This document shows, piece after piece, positions 50,901 to 59,515 of a stretch of DNA of 64,000 nt. The stretch spans positions 4,118 to 68,117 of the forward strand of contig JAEEQG010000031.1 of NCBI GenBank assembly GCA_016285185.1. Reading direction: 5' to 3'. The position numbers and the translations under genes were made by a program. The notes below the pieces were generated by a model. The model was not told where the DNA came from and made no database searches. It saw nothing but the letters and a program-made list of their open reading frames with translations. Source of the stretch: Spirochaetota bacterium. Its GTDB lineage: Bacteria; Spirochaetota; Spirochaetia; Treponematales; Treponemataceae. Each line of letters starts with the position of its first letter. Position 1 is the stretch's first letter.

Positions 50901-52592
50901 ATGAAAAAAACATTACTTGTTCTCGTAATGCTTGTTCTCGCTTTTGGTATGGTTTTTGCTAAGGGTGGAAAGGAAGCGATGGATATTTCCGTATTCACGA
51001 TTCAGCAGAGACAACAGCCACCGGCAGACAACAAGGCTTACAAATGGATTGAAGAAAAATTCGGTGTAACATTCACATGGGATATTCTGGTTGGTGACAA
51101 AGATCAGAAAATCGGTGTTCTTATCGCTTCCGGCGACCTTCCTGATATGGTAGAAGTTGACTCAGAAAAATTCCAGGGTGCAGGATGCCTTATCGATCTT
51201 AAGCCTTTATTGGAAAAATACTGTCCAAATCTTAAGAAGCACTATTCTTCTGTATGGAAAAAGATGGTTTATCAGGATTCTGAAAAAGATGCAAACGGTA
51301 AGATTATTGCAGAACACATCTATTCTCTGCCTAACTATGGTGTATATGACGGTATTCCATCTGATACATATTACAACCAGAACGGTTGGTGGATTCAGAA
51401 AGCCGTTCTTAAAGAATTCGGTTATCCAAAAATCACAACTGTTGATGAATATTTTGATTTGCTCGAAAAATATGCAAAAAAACATCCTACAATCGATGGT
51501 ATGCCTACAATTCCATTCTCAATCATCACAGCTGACTGGGAAGCATTTGACCTTTGGAATCCGCCGAACTTCCTCGCAGGTTATCCAAACGATGGTAACG
51601 GACACGTTACACAGGATCCCAAAAACAAGAATAAATACATCTACACCGACAACTTTGCTGATGAAAATGCAAAGAGATGGTTTAAACTTGCCAACGGTTA
51701 CTTCCAGAGAGGCTTGATTGATCCTGCTTCTTTCACAGACAACCGTGACCAGTACTATGCAAAGATTGCACAGGGTCGTGTTCTTGGTATGTTTATTCAG
51801 GGATGGCAGTTCATGGGTGAACCGGAACAGGCTCTCTGGACAGCAGGAAAAGATGAAAGAACATATGCTCCACTGCCACTTACATTTGACAAGTCAATTA
51901 AACCTTGGTACCGCGATCAGGCGCTTCCTAATCTTCAGAGGGGTTATGGTATTACTGTAAACTGTGGTGAAAAGAAAGCAATCCAGATTCTTAAATTCTT
52001 GGATGAAATAATTAAAGAAGAAAACCAGAAAATACTTTACTGGGGATTTGAAGGCGAAGATTGGCAGAAAGATGCACAGGGTCGTCCTTCAAGAACAGAA
52101 GCACAGCGCCTGCAGCAGAAAGATCCTAATTGGATCTTGCACAACAGAGCTCTTCTGTTTACATGGGAAGCACCTAAGATGGAAGGAACAATGCCAAGTG
52201 GTTACACAAACAGCATGGATGATCTTCCATGGGAATATGAACTTGCAGCAAAAGAAATTGATAAAGAAGTTTGGAAAGCTTATGGTGTTGGTTCTTATGC
52301 AGAATTGGTAGACAAAAACCCACCAAAGAATGCTGGTTGGTATCCAATGTGGCAGTGCAACCCGTCACCTGAAAATGATGGTCTTGAACATGACGCCGCA
52401 GTTGCTATGACTGGTTTTGAAACACTCCAGAGAAAATATCTTCCTATGATGATCATGGGCAAACCGGCTGATTTCGATAAAACTTGGGATGAGTATGTTA
52501 AGCAGATGAAACCGCTTACAGATGTTTACAACAAGTTTATGCAGAAAGAGCTCGATGCTCGTGTAGAAGCATTTGGTGGTTTTCAGAAATAA
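50901..52592 (+). CDS. large extracellular solute-binding protein of a carbohydrate ABC transporter (LplA-like)
   Basis: 563 aa. The signal peptide MKKTLLVLVMLVLAFGMVFAKGG has no Cys. It is followed by two LplB/LplC-type permease genes. An SD (ggagga) is present. Confidence 0.75.
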   Translation: MKKTLLVLVMLVLAFGMVFAKGGKEAMDISVFTIQQRQQPPADNKAYKWIEEKFGVTFTWDILVGDKDQKIGVLIASGDLPDMVEVDSEKFQGAGCLIDLKPLLEKYCPNLKKHYSSVWKKMVYQDSEKDANGKIIAEHIYSLPNYGVYDGIPSDTYYNQNGWWIQKAVLKEFGYPKITTVDEYFDLLEKYAKKHPTIDGMPTIPFSIITADWEAFDLWNPPNFLAGYPNDGNGHVTQDPKNKNKYIYTDNFADENAKRWFKLANGYFQRGLIDPASFTDNRDQYYAKIAQGRVLGMFIQGWQFMGEPEQALWTAGKDERTYAPLPLTFDKSIKPWYRDQALPNLQRGYGITVNCGEKKAIQILKFLDEIIKEENQKILYWGFEGEDWQKDAQGRPSRTEAQRLQQKDPNWILHNRALLFTWEAPKMEGTMPSGYTNSMDDLPWEYELAAKEIDKEVWKAYGVGSYAELVDKNPPKNAGWYPMWQCNPSPENDGLEHDAAVAMTGFETLQRKYLPMMIMGKPADFDKTWDEYVKQMKPLTDVYNKFMQKELDARVEAFGGFQK

Positions 52593-52670
52593 GTATTGAC
52601 TTTCACGTCATGCTTACTTAAAGGAGGAATGAGGCTTTTATCCAAAAGCTGCATTCCTCTGTCTGAAAAA

Positions 52671-52700
52671 AGTCCACGGATTTTTCTGTGGACTTTTTTA
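52671..52700 (+). terminator. intra-operon terminator/attenuating hairpin between the SBP and permease genes
   Basis: agtccac (52671-52677) pairs with gtggact (52688-52694), followed by ttttt. A longer imperfect hairpin precedes it at 52624-52659 (gaggaatg...cattcctc). Confidence 0.55.
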
Positions 52701-52723
52701 ATCTCTCTTTTTAGGTGTTTTTT

Positions 52724-53683
52724 ATGAAAAATAAAAAATCTGATGCTGTTGCAGTTACTCAGTTAAATCAGAAAAAAACATTCTGGCAGATGGTTATAAA
52801 ACAGAAGGCTTTGGTCTTTATGTCGCTGCCTTTTGTTCTATATACGATTTTATTCCGGTACATTCCTCTCTGGGGATGGACTATGGCTTTTCAGAACTAT
52901 AAGCCTGCAAAAAGTTTTTTCAAGCAGACATGGGTAGGATTTAAATGGTTTGGAGAGCTTTTTCACTCACCTGAGTTTTTCCTATCATTACGAAATACTG
53001 TAGGTATGAGCCTTATAAGTACGGCTCTGGGCTACATTACAGCGATTACAATTGCCATTCTTTTGAATGAAGTAAGACATATAAGTATAAAACGTTTTGT
53101 TCAGACGGTATCTTATTTACCGCACTTCCTTTCATGGGTTATCGTTACCAGTTTGGTAGCTAATGTCCTTTCTGTAGAAGACGGTATATTGAATAACGTT
53201 CTGCTATTTTTCGGTTTTGTTGATGAGCCGGTAAAATGGCTCTCCGAACAAAAGTATTTCTGGCACATCATAGGATGGACCTATGTTTGGAAGGAAGTCG
53301 GTTGGAACACAATTGTTTATCTTGGTGCAATGACAGCCATAGATCCGTGTTTGTATGAGGCTGCCGAAATTGATGGTTGCGGTCGTATGCGCAAAATCTG
53401 GCATATTACTCTTCCTGGAATCAAGCCTACTATTATCATCATGATGATTATGTCTGCCGGTCATATCCTTGATGCTAACTTTGAAATGCCTTTCTTCCTG
53501 CAGAACGGTATGATTCAGGATGTTTCTACAACAATTGATATTTATGTTCTTAAATACGGATTCAAGCTGTTTAACTTTGCTCTTGCTACAGCAGCAGGTA
53601 TTTTCAAGAATGTGGTAAATATTCTTCTTTTGCTCTTGGCAAACTGGTTTGCTAAGAATGCCGGTGAGGAAAGGTTGATATGA
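52724..53683 (+). CDS. carbohydrate ABC transporter permease (LplB-like)
   Basis: Six TM segments and the EAA-loop region YEAAEIDGCGRMRKIWHITLPGIKP. I prefer the ATG at 52724 over the GTG at 52715. Confidence 0.85.
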   Translation: MKNKKSDAVAVTQLNQKKTFWQMVIKQKALVFMSLPFVLYTILFRYIPLWGWTMAFQNYKPAKSFFKQTWVGFKWFGELFHSPEFFLSLRNTVGMSLISTALGYITAITIAILLNEVRHISIKRFVQTVSYLPHFLSWVIVTSLVANVLSVEDGILNNVLLFFGFVDEPVKWLSEQKYFWHIIGWTYVWKEVGWNTIVYLGAMTAIDPCLYEAAEIDGCGRMRKIWHITLPGIKPTIIIMMIMSAGHILDANFEMPFFLQNGMIQDVSTTIDIYVLKYGFKLFNFALATAAGIFKNVVNILLLLLANWFAKNAGEERLI

Positions 53684-54621
53684 TGACAAAACAAACAAAT
53701 TATGCAGCTGCTAAAAGGCGTACTCAATTTTTTGATGCGCTCTTTTATATCATTAATTTTATTGTTCTGGCTTTTTTGGTTATAGTTACTGTATATCCAT
53801 TCTGGAATACAATCGCAATATCATTCAATGACGGGCTTGATGCACTAAGGGGTGGAATAACACTTTGGCCGAGAGTTTTTACCTGGCAGAATTATAAAGC
53901 CTTGTTCACTACAGGACAGATTTTTGATGCATTCAAAATCTCTGTGACAAGAACAATTCTTCAGACAATTCTGAGTGTTTTTTGTACTTGTATGCTTGCT
54001 TATGCGCTCAGTCGTAAAGAATTTGTACTCAAAAAACCGTTTACGGTTGTCCTTGTCGTTTCGATGTACATCAGTGCAGGTCTTATTCCTAACTACATGC
54101 TTATTAAAAAGCTTGGTCTTATAAACAAGTATTCGGTTTATATCATTCCTTGTATTATTGATGTTTTTAACTTTATTCTTGTCAGAACATATATAAACGG
54201 GCTCCCTGACAGCTTTGTAGAATCGGCGCGTATCGACGGTGCCAATGAGTTCAAAATATTCATGAGTATAATTTTCCCGTTGATTGTTCCGTCTGTTGCA
54301 ATGATTGCACTGTTTGTTGCGGTAAATGCATGGAACAGCTGGTTTGATACCTATCTGTATACTTCAGCAAAACCAAAACTACATTCTTTGCAGTACGTTT
54401 TGATGTCGTTCCTGCAGGCAAGTCAGAATCAGAGTAACTCTGCTGCTGATGCAAACTCTATGGCTGTTGCAGCGGCTTCTGGTTCTTCAGCTGCTATGGT
54501 AACACCTGTTACTATTCGTGCTTCAATTACAATCATAGCTACAGTACCTATTCTGGTTGTTTACCCGATGCTCCAAAAATACTTTGTTGTAGGTATGACA
54601 ATCGGTGGTGTAAAGGAATAA
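53680..54621 (+). CDS. carbohydrate ABC transporter permease (LplC-like)
   Basis: EAA-loop region ESARIDGANEFKIFMSIIFPLIVP. It overlaps the previous gene by 4 bp. Confidence 0.85.
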   Translation: MMTKQTNYAAAKRRTQFFDALFYIINFIVLAFLVIVTVYPFWNTIAISFNDGLDALRGGITLWPRVFTWQNYKALFTTGQIFDAFKISVTRTILQTILSVFCTCMLAYALSRKEFVLKKPFTVVLVVSMYISAGLIPNYMLIKKLGLINKYSVYIIPCIIDVFNFILVRTYINGLPDSFVESARIDGANEFKIFMSIIFPLIVPSVAMIALFVAVNAWNSWFDTYLYTSAKPKLHSLQYVLMSFLQASQNQSNSAADANSMAVAAASGSSAAMVTPVTIRASITIIATVPILVVYPMLQKYFVVGMTIGGVKE

Positions 54622-54663
54622 ACCGCAGGCTATACGGTTTTATAACAGGCGACCTGACAGTAA

Positions 54664-54693
54664 AGGGCGGATTTTTATAATCCGCCTTTTTTA
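54664..54693 (+). terminator. rho-independent terminator after the ABC transporter operon
   Basis: ggcgga (54666-54671) pairs with tccgcc (54681-54686), followed by tttttt. Confidence 0.65.
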
Positions 54694-54750
54694 ATGTATG
54701 CATTTTTTGCTGGCATGCGTGTTAAGAAGGGTATAGAACTGGTATAGCAC

Positions 54751-55518
54751 TTATTTTGATTGCAACTGACCGCTTATTTCGTAGAGAAGAACGCCGGTTG
54801 CAACCGAAACGTTGAGACTGTCCAGTTTCCCGCACGTTGGAATAGAAACTATGGCATCGCAGTTTTTGCGCAAAAGCTGCGCAATGCCGCTGCCCTCGCT
54901 GCCCATAACAAGTACGGTTTTAGGCGCAAATTCCGTTTGCCGTGCGGACTGCCCGTCGGCATCTGCGCCGTAAACCCAAAAGCCGCGCTGTTTTAGGAAT
55001 TCTACACTTCTGTTCAGGTTCTGCACAACCGCAACCGGAACCCAAGCCGCCGCACCTGCGCTTGACCGCATTATAACATCGCTTTCGCTTACACCGCGGT
55101 GTTCGGGAATAACAACAAGGTCCGCGCCGAACTGGTCACAGCTGCGAATGATTGCGCCGGTATTATGCGGGTCTGTAATGGAATCAAGAATTACGACCAA
55201 AGCTTTGTCTTTGTGAGAAAGTTCTTCGGCAAAGGTATCGAACTGAACAAAGTTCTGCTTTTTTTCAGCTTCACCGGAAATTGTAAGAACAATTCCTCGG
55301 TGATTACGTGCAGTTTCTGAGAGGTTTGCAGTAAGCTTGTCCAACTCACGGTCAGTTGTCTGCGATGCGTGTATACCGCGTTTTTTTGCGTCTTCAAGTA
55401 TTTTTTTTATTCGTGGTCCGGGTTTGCTGTACAACAGCTGGGGTTTTGCCCCCTCTGCTGTCCCCGCACCCGTACGCAATAATTCTTCTATTGCGTGAAA
55501 TCCGGTTACTACTCTCAT
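54751..55518 (-). CDS. rlmB: TrmH-family 23S rRNA (guanosine-2'-O)-methyltransferase
   Basis: The N terminus [11 protein letters not shown] is the substrate-binding domain. SPOUT motifs are [27 protein letters not shown] and SLNVSVATG. The ATG at 55518 overlaps the upstream stop (ATGA). Confidence 0.75.
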   Translation of the reverse strand: MRVVTGFHAIEELLRTGAGTAEGAKPQLLYSKPGPRIKKILEDAKKRGIHASQTTDRELDKLTANLSETARNHRGIVLTISGEAEKKQNFVQFDTFAEELSHKDKALVVILDSITDPHNTGAIIRSCDQFGADLVVIPEHRGVSESDVIMRSSAGAAAWVPVAVVQNLNRSVEFLKQRGFWVYGADADGQSARQTEFAPKTVLVMGSEGSGIAQLLRKNCDAIVSIPTCGKLDSLNVSVATGVLLYEISGQLQSK

Positions 55519-56012
55519 CTTCCGCAGCACTGTTTGTATTTTTTGCCGGAACCGCACGGACACGGCTCATTCCTTCCGATTTTTCTGCCTTCGCGTACAA
55601 CAGTTGTTGTTGTTAAATAGCCGCTGGAGTAAACCCATTCGCCGTTTATTTTCTTAAAGTTTGCAGTTTCGTGGTGAACGTCACGGATTCCTTTTTTTGT
55701 GGTATAGGTCGCAGTAAATTCAACAACACCTTCCGTATCGTTTTCTTTACCTTTTTCGGTACGCAAAATCTTGAGCCCCTGCCAGGTTGATTCTTCGCTC
55801 CATTTGCGTGTTTCTTCAACATCTATTCTGTTTTCTTTGTCAGAAGTTTCACATGAATTGATGATATGGTCAATTTCGTGCTTTACATAAGCTGTGTAGC
55901 GGCTGCGCATAAGGGCTTCCGCTGTTTTTGCCGGGGCTGTTCCCTTTATAATCGGTTTGCAGCATTCGTCATAGGCTTTGCCGGAACCACACGGACATAA
56001 TTCGTTGCTCAT
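55515..56012 (-). CDS. ychJ: YchJ-family protein with SEC-C motifs at both termini
   Basis: [13 protein letters not shown] at the N terminus and [14 protein letters not shown] at the C terminus. An SD (ggagga) is present. Confidence 0.8.
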   Translation of the reverse strand: MSNELCPCGSGKAYDECCKPIIKGTAPAKTAEALMRSRYTAYVKHEIDHIINSCETSDKENRIDVEETRKWSEESTWQGLKILRTEKGKENDTEGVVEFTATYTTKKGIRDVHHETANFKKINGEWVYSSGYLTTTTVVREGRKIGRNEPCPCGSGKKYKQCCGR

Positions 56013-56048
56013 AAATCCTCCGAAAATACTTATTAAAATTATAACAGA

Positions 56049-56627
56049 TTAAGAAAGCTCTTGCAAATTTGAATTGCATGCACACAAAAGCTCATCAACG
56101 GAAGCAACTTTCCATTTTTCGCAGGCGAGCTTTATGATAAGTCCGCAAGTGCGGGAATCTTCGAGCGCATCATGGGCAAGGTAGTCTATTCCGAATGTAC
56201 TGCCTAAAAAGGTAAGCGCGTGACTTTTCAGCTCCGGCCATGTTCTGCGCGAAATACGCAAAGAATCAAAGTACCTTATCTTTGGCAGCTCCATATTAAA
56301 ACGGTCGCAGCATCCCTTTATAACGCCCATATCAAAAGAAGCGTTGTGCGCTACCAGCGGAAAATCAGGGGTTTTGTCCAAAAAAGGTTGAACCAAATTC
56401 TGCCACACTTCGGGAAAACACGGCTGATCTACAACGTCTTCATAACTTATATGATGAATGTCGCGTGTCCATTCCGGTACAAAATACATAACAGCGGGTT
56501 TTATAAGATGACAGACGCTGTCTGTTTCTACTCCGTTTTCAAATCTTATAAGCCCTATGGAACAGGCACTGCACGAAAGTTTGTTTGCTGTTTCAAAGTC
56601 AATGGCAATGTAATTAAGTTCGTTCAT
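56049..56627 (-). CDS. DEDDh 3'-5' exonuclease (DnaQ/epsilon-like, stand-alone)
   Basis: Exo I IAIDFETAN, Exo II AHNASFDMGV, and Exo III HDALEDSRTC. I chose the ATG at 56627. The 120-aa upstream extension of the track ORF overlaps the opposite-strand gene and shows no similarity. Confidence 0.8.
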   Translation of the reverse strand: MNELNYIAIDFETANKLSCSACSIGLIRFENGVETDSVCHLIKPAVMYFVPEWTRDIHHISYEDVVDQPCFPEVWQNLVQPFLDKTPDFPLVAHNASFDMGVIKGCCDRFNMELPKIRYFDSLRISRRTWPELKSHALTFLGSTFGIDYLAHDALEDSRTCGLIIKLACEKWKVASVDELLCACNSNLQELS

Positions 56628-56735
56628 AATTTTTGTACTTACGGATATATTACCTGTAGAACGTGAAAAAGTACAGACCGAAAAGCTTTGCTGTTGAAAA
56701 TGACTGCCGGATTGTGTAGAATTCTGCAAGCAACT

Positions 56736-57263
56736 ATGAAAAATGAAAGTCCGAGTATTGTTGTACACGAAATAAAACCTGTTTGGAACAGCAAAAGCAC
56801 AGTTCTGATTCTCGGAACAATGCCGTCTCCCAAAAGCCGTGAAGCCGGTTTTTTCTATATGCATCCTCAGAACCGCTTTTGGAAGGTTCTGCCTCAAGTA
56901 TTCGGTGAAACACTTGTTTATGCCAACAATGCACCCCAAAAAGATAAAGCTGTTGAGGAACGTATTGATTTTTTGTACCGGCATCAAATTGCGCTTTGGG
57001 ATGTGCTTAAAAGCTGCGAAATTACAGGTGCGGCGGATTCAAGCATAAAAAACGCAGTACCGAACGACTTTACACAGATTTTCTCGGAATCACAAATCAA
57101 AAGGGTTTTCTGTACCGGTAATACCGCATTTTTGCTCTGGAACAAATATTGTGCAGCCAAATACCAGAGTTTCGGCATAACTTGCGAATGTCTTCCGAGT
57201 ACGAGCCCTGCAAATGCACGTTGGAATTTTGAAAAACTTGTTGCCGCATACCGCCGGATTTAA
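56736..57263 (+). CDS. UDG-superfamily DNA glycosylase, family 6 type (DNA-deoxyinosine/hypoxanthine glycosylase-like)
   Basis: VLILGTMPSPKSREAGFFYMHPQNRFWKVL, ALWDVLKSC and LPSTSPANA are present. The start is uncertain (ATG 56700 or 56736). An extended -10 (tgtTAGAAT) lies at 56714-56722. Confidence 0.7.
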   Translation: MKNESPSIVVHEIKPVWNSKSTVLILGTMPSPKSREAGFFYMHPQNRFWKVLPQVFGETLVYANNAPQKDKAVEERIDFLYRHQIALWDVLKSCEITGAADSSIKNAVPNDFTQIFSESQIKRVFCTGNTAFLLWNKYCAAKYQSFGITCECLPSTSPANARWNFEKLVAAYRRI

Positions 57264-57305
57264 TTGATGTATGATAAAAAAGCGCAAAATAGAGGAGATA
57301 AAATT

Positions 57306-57837
57306 ATGAGTTCAATTCAAATACAACAAAAAGGAATTACTGATATCCCGGCGGATGCGATTGTAAATGCGGCAAATACCGGTCTTTGGGCAGGAGGCGG
57401 TGTCTGCGGAGTTATATTCCGAAAAGCGGGTATGACAGAACTTACGGCAGCATGTAATGCAATCGGACACTGTGATGAGGGGAGTGCTGTTATTACACCG
57501 GGCTTCGGCTGTCCCTGCAAACACATTATTCATGCCGTAGGGCCTCGTTATTTGGATGGAAAGCATGGCGAACCGGATGCTCTTTACGGTGCATACAAAA
57601 AATCATTGGAATTGTGCCGCGAAAATGACATTCATTCGGTAGTATTCCCGCTTATTTCAGCAGGTATTTTTGGTTATCCTCTTTATGAGGCCTGGACTCA
57701 GGCAATGTATGCCTGCAAGAACTTTATTGAAAAAAAATCAGGATTATAATTTGGATATTATCTTTGCCATCCCTGAGACTGAAAAGGTAAAGGCTGGAAA
57801 GGAAATTAAAAATGCAGTTTTAGCAGATGGTAAATAG
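57306..57837 (+). pseudogene. macro-domain protein (ADP-ribose binding/hydrolase) interrupted by a +1 frameshift in an A8 tract
   Basis: ITDIPADAIVNAANTGLWAGGGVCGVIF and FPLISAGIFGYP are macro-domain motifs. The ORF stops at 57749. Removing one A from the run at 57730-57737 gives ...NFIEKNQDYNLDIIFAIPETEKVKAGKEIKNAVLADGK, ending at 57837, which restores the expected last beta-strand and helix. Confidence 0.6.
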
Positions 57838-57948
57838 CTTATTTACCATGGGTAAATAGTCGATTTACCTACTGCGCATCGTCGATTTACCGAGGGTAAA
57901 TAGTCGATTTACCCACGGTTCGTCGACGATTTACCCTCGGTAAATAAA
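57829..57948. repeat. phased 22-bp repeat array (5 units) built from ATTTACC / GGTAAAT half-sites
   Basis: (C/T)(G/T)ATTTACC starts at 57839, 57861, 57883, 57905 and 57927, exactly 22 bp apart. The 17-bp palindrome ATTTACC-N3-GGTAAAT occurs at 57841, 57885 and 57929 (44-bp spacing). The identical 20-mer gggtaaatagtcgatttacc occurs at 57850-57869 and 57894-57913. Confidence 0.9.
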
Positions 57949-57981
57949 TTGTTATGAAAACAGTTTTTAGGAAAAACAAAA

Positions 57982-58788
57982 TTGGCCACTACTACTAATC
58001 TTCTTATAGGCACAAGCGGTTTTGACTACCCCGAATGGAAGGGTGTGTTTTATCCTGCTGATTTAAAGCGTAAAGACTTTTTGCAGTATTATGCCACGCA
58101 GTTTAATGCGCTTGAGCTTAACGGCACATTTTATAATATGCCCACCGGTGAGAGGCTCCTTTCGTTTTACGAAAGGAGTGAGGGCAACTTACAGTTCAGC
58201 GTAAAGGCTAACCGCCTGCTCACACATGAAATTGCCCAAAACTGGCAGAGTACAGCACAGGCTTTTGAAGATGCGCTCAAGCCGCTTCAAGACAAAGGCT
58301 GCCTTAGCGCGGTGCTGTTTCAGTTTCCGCAGAGCTTTCATTATACAGAAGAAAACCGCTTGTATCTTGCTAATCTCATCAAAGTTTTTGACGGCTTTCC
58401 TGTTGTGATAGAGTTCCGCCACGCAGAATGGATAAAGGAATCCGTATTTGAAGGGCTTGAAAAGCGCAATGCCGGAATAGTTTTTTGCGATATGCCGCAG
58501 CTCAAGTACCTGCCCGACGGAAGCAGGCTCAAAACACCGTTTATCGGTAAGAATGCGTATATACGTCTTCACGGTCGCAACGAAAACGCCTGGTATTCGG
58601 TCAATGATTCTCCGAACGGCTCTGCACGATACAATTACGAATACAGCGACAGTGAGCTTGAAAGCTTTGTGCCTGTTATAAATCAGGCTTTGGTGGAAGA
58701 AAAAAAGGTTCACGTATTCTTTAACAACCACCCCAACGGCAACGGCGCAAAGAACGCAAAAAAGCTGAAACAGATGATGCAGGCGTAA
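57982..58788 (+). CDS. DUF72 (YecE/UPF0759) family protein
   Basis: LIGTSGFDYPEWKGVFYP, YYATQFNALELNGTFY, IEFRH and FFNNH resemble DUF72 signatures. It uses a TTG start preceded by aggaaaaa. Confidence 0.75.
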   Translation: MATTTNLLIGTSGFDYPEWKGVFYPADLKRKDFLQYYATQFNALELNGTFYNMPTGERLLSFYERSEGNLQFSVKANRLLTHEIAQNWQSTAQAFEDALKPLQDKGCLSAVLFQFPQSFHYTEENRLYLANLIKVFDGFPVVIEFRHAEWIKESVFEGLEKRNAGIVFCDMPQLKYLPDGSRLKTPFIGKNAYIRLHGRNENAWYSVNDSPNGSARYNYEYSDSELESFVPVINQALVEEKKVHVFFNNHPNGNGAKNAKKLKQMMQA

Positions 58789-58797
58789 TATCCGGTT

Positions 58798-59418
58798 TTA
58801 GCCCTGCAACTTGTGAACAACGTAGCGGACTTTACCCACTATCCTAAAGTCGTCGCTTTCGCCGCTTTCGGTCATGGGCGCATACATCTTGTTGTCTGAA
58901 ATAATGCGGACAAAGTCCTTGTCGCGCTGGAGACGTTTTACAAACGCCGCCCCCTTGTAGTTTATGGCATAAATGCCGTCAGCGCCGTCATAGCCGAAAG
59001 TGTCGTAAAGAATAATGTCATTGTCAAAAAGAGTCGGCTCCATCGAGTCTCCGCGCACATAAGAGGCGCGTATATTGTTGCGGTACTTTTTAAGATTGGC
59101 AGGAAGCGCAACATAATCCATAATTTCCGCGGTATCAGGCAGTTCCTGACCCTTACCGGCAGAAAAAGCCTGTTCATAAACCGGAATGTTTATAATATCT
59201 TTAGAAGGTACATCGGGGTACAGCTTGAACTGTTCCATAGTAAGACCGAGAGATTCAACTATTTTAAGCCCCTCATCAAAGCCCGGCAGCCTTCCGAGCG
59301 AAATCTTGTTGCGAAGTGAACCGAGTACAAGACCTGTCTGTTCACAAAGCCATTCCTGGTTCTTGTCCTGTTCAGAGAGCAAAAGCTTTACTTTTTTCCA
59401 AAATAGTTCCGCATCCAT
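58798..59418 (-). CDS. XRE-HTH / S24-peptidase repressor (phage CI / HdiR / LexA-like, autocleavable)
   Basis: N-terminal HTH (QEWLCEQTGLVLGSLRNKISLGR), a candidate Ala-Gly cleavage site (FSAGKG), the Ser motif GDSMEPT, and the Lys motif FVKRL. I chose the ATG at 59418. Confidence 0.8.
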   Translation of the reverse strand: MDAELFWKKVKLLLSEQDKNQEWLCEQTGLVLGSLRNKISLGRLPGFDEGLKIVESLGLTMEQFKLYPDVPSKDIINIPVYEQAFSAGKGQELPDTAEIMDYVALPANLKKYRNNIRASYVRGDSMEPTLFDNDIILYDTFGYDGADGIYAINYKGAAFVKRLQRDKDFVRIISDNKMYAPMTESGESDDFRIVGKVRYVVHKLQG

Positions 59419-59425
59419 GCTGATT

Positions 59426-59506
59426 ATTATACAATGATTTTTTAATAAAATAAATAACTGTTTGGTTATTATTTTTGTTGACAAATAATCGCCGCGGAAT
59501 TATTAT
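59426..59506. promoter_or_regulatory. divergent promoter/operator region between the S24 repressor gene and umuD-umuC
   Basis: Plus strand: TTGACA 59478-59483, 17 nt, TATTAT 59501-59506, 9 nt, ATG 59516. Minus strand: extended -10 tgtTATAAT (59431..59426), 7 nt, ATG 59418. Palindromes are AATAAC-N6-GTTATT (59453-59470) and AATAAT-N9-ATTATT (59484-59504). Confidence 0.5.
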
Positions 59507-59515
59507 CAAATTACA

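Noticed and set aside
56628-56987. A 120-aa N-terminal extension of the exonuclease ORF (track ORF 56049..56987)
   Set aside because: The extension overlaps the oppositely oriented glycosylase gene and has junk-like composition. It also precedes the MNELNYIAIDFETAN start, which aligns with the Exo I motif position. I therefore placed the start at 56627.
57954-57998. A 14-codon mini-ORF (ATG 57954) between the repeat array and DUF72, as a possible leader peptide
   Set aside because: It has no SD and overlaps the DUF72 start in another frame. I have no evidence beyond the open frame.
58189-58731. Long antisense or alternative-frame ORFs inside confident genes (for example 58189..58731-, 59887..60336-, 51157..51717+, 62380..63831+, 21701..22171+, 3115..3573-, 25084..25611+)
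   Set aside because: Each lies wholly within a gene that has strong family signatures on the other frame or strand. They show low-complexity or unnatural composition and have no independent start signals.
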